Source: Phoronis australis | Taxonomy: Eukaryota; Animalia; Phoronida | Direction: 5' to 3' | Length of the DNA stretch: 64,000 nt | Assembly (NCBI GenBank): GCA_002633005.1 | Contig: NMRA01000402.1 | Span: forward strand, 211,540 to 275,539 | Part shown: positions 62,546 to 64,000 of the stretch, piece by piece | Layout: every line of letters starts with the position of its first letter | Numbering within the stretch: position 1 is the stretch's first letter | The notes under the pieces: generated by a model | The model's database searches: none | The model's input: only the letters and a program-made list of their open reading frames with translations | What the model was told of the DNA's origin: nothing | Translations under genes and position numbers: made by a program

Positions 62546-63263
62546 ATGTGTTTTAAAGAAAATGGATCTACAAATGTTTTTCTGTAACAAATAGAACTTA
62601 GTTTAAGAGGTTGAAATACTGTACTTTCAGTCAACTTATATACAGATTCCAAGTATTGCGAATCTCACACAACCCTCTATGAATCTGGTGCGTCTTTAAA
62701 TTTTGACGTAGGTCAGATAAACTGTCAGTTTTGTGTCATTTCCTTGCGAGGGGCACCCACCATAAACTTGAGAACCTGTTTCTCAACTCCCTAAGGTAGA
62801 CTACAAGCGCCCAGGTACCACACGCAATCAAAATGAATGCTCAATGCATAAACTTAGAGGCACGTAGGAAGGTATTGGGGTGGCGCAAACTAATTTGACT
62901 TCGCCAAACTTGTGTCCCTCGTGGTCCCAAATTTCTTGCTCCCCAATATTGCCACCAATTCTGCCCTCTGGACGTCGCCACTATTGCACCCCGCCGTAGA
63001 AGCACAGACTTTGCCGTTTAGGATTAAACCCTGTTAAGACAGCACCAGGACCTTGGTTGCCCCCGTGCCAAAGAAATAACGGGAAAGTGTTACTGTTAAA
63101 GGAGAATGCCACCCGATTTAATTAGTCCTTTTTACCGTCTCAATCGGTCAATATCCACATCGCCTCTTAAACGGTCGACCTCAAATTGCTGAGAGGTGTC
63201 GCGTTAACCTTTGAGGAAGGTGAGAAGCGACGCAGCGACGTCAGTGGTTCGCCTGCAGAGTGA

Positions 63264-63530
63264 ATGCCGGTCTATTGCGGTGCATCGGTTCCTGCTTGTC
63301 CGATCTATGAAGCTGCGAAGAAAGCGGGTATATCCGTTTTTTCGACTTCCTCGAGAGCCCGAAATGCCTAGGAAGTGACTCGCGATAGTGAAGAATGAAA
63401 GGTACGATGTTAATAGCAAGTATGAGGCCGTGAAACATCTCCGTGTGTGTGGCCGGCATTTCATCGACAGTGATTTCTCTGACAAATTCCGGCTTACCAA
63501 AGAACTATCCATACGTTCCTTTGCCTATGC
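63264..63530 (+). pseudogene. THAP zinc-finger relic (probably transposase-derived)
   Basis: MPVYC....PAC ... ISVF/RLPREPEMPRK*L ... LRVCGRHFIDSDF; one frameshift and W-to-TGA. Confidence 0.65.
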
Positions 63531-64000
63531 ATGTTCACGGCGCCTCTCTAGTATTTCGTCGGATGAGCTCTTGACTATGTCGGGATTAGCGCCGGGCGAC
63601 TTGCCATGCAGACGTTTATTATTCTGCGTTCTGTTTCAAAATGAATTATTCTCATCCTAACCAATGCTTATATGAAACTGAAACAAAGTCTGTCTTATTA
63701 GATACAATTTGATCGGACTGATAAGTGTCAACCGCTGTTAAGTTTTAGGTACTATATGTTTTGCCGTGATAGTAGTACGCTGTAGCGTTACTGAGTACTA
63801 CTAACGCTAAGCTTTTCTCTAATCGCTATCCTTTTTGCCATTAAAAATGCATGTCAAAAAATCGGTATTTTGTAGAAAAATTGATTACGGGGGCATTTCG
63901 GCAAAACTGGTGGCGACTGACGGTAAAAATGGGGCGTAAAAAGGTGGCGGGGGTAACGCGTCGCCTGCACGACAGTAAATCTAGTAGGTGGGTGCAATAC

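Overview
Eukaryotic (invertebrate metazoan-like, AT-rich, GT-AG introns, TE-dense) genomic DNA; most short ORFs in the supplied track are spurious. Manual splicing gives four protein-coding genes. (1) A minus-strand secreted M12B/reprolysin (ADAM/ADAMTS-like) metalloprotease: 11 exons visible between 15837 and 1672, continuing off the left edge. Its prodomain has been expanded by four tandemly duplicated exons encoding ~41-aa modules bounded by dibasic sites. (2) A minus-strand single-pass membrane protein (~625 aa, 23997-18928) with a long disordered tail rich in signalling motifs. (3,4) Two tandem, same-strand, 5-exon paralogues of short-chain collagen C4/spongin-related proteins (36455-42798, 54329-58948). 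The rest is a mosaic of decayed AcademX-type DNA transposons, a nested hAT-like element with a 5-bp TSD, Kolobok-, Harbinger- and pogo-like MITEs, LINE and SINE fragments, a THAP relic and simple repeats. Notable oddities: two unrelated elements are each flanked by a 116-131 bp direct duplication; one element carries a tRNA-like Pol III cassette plus a long hairpin; and the palindrome TACATGTA is strongly over-represented and behaves like a Tc1/mariner excision footprint. All family assignments come from motif recognition by eye, not from database searches.
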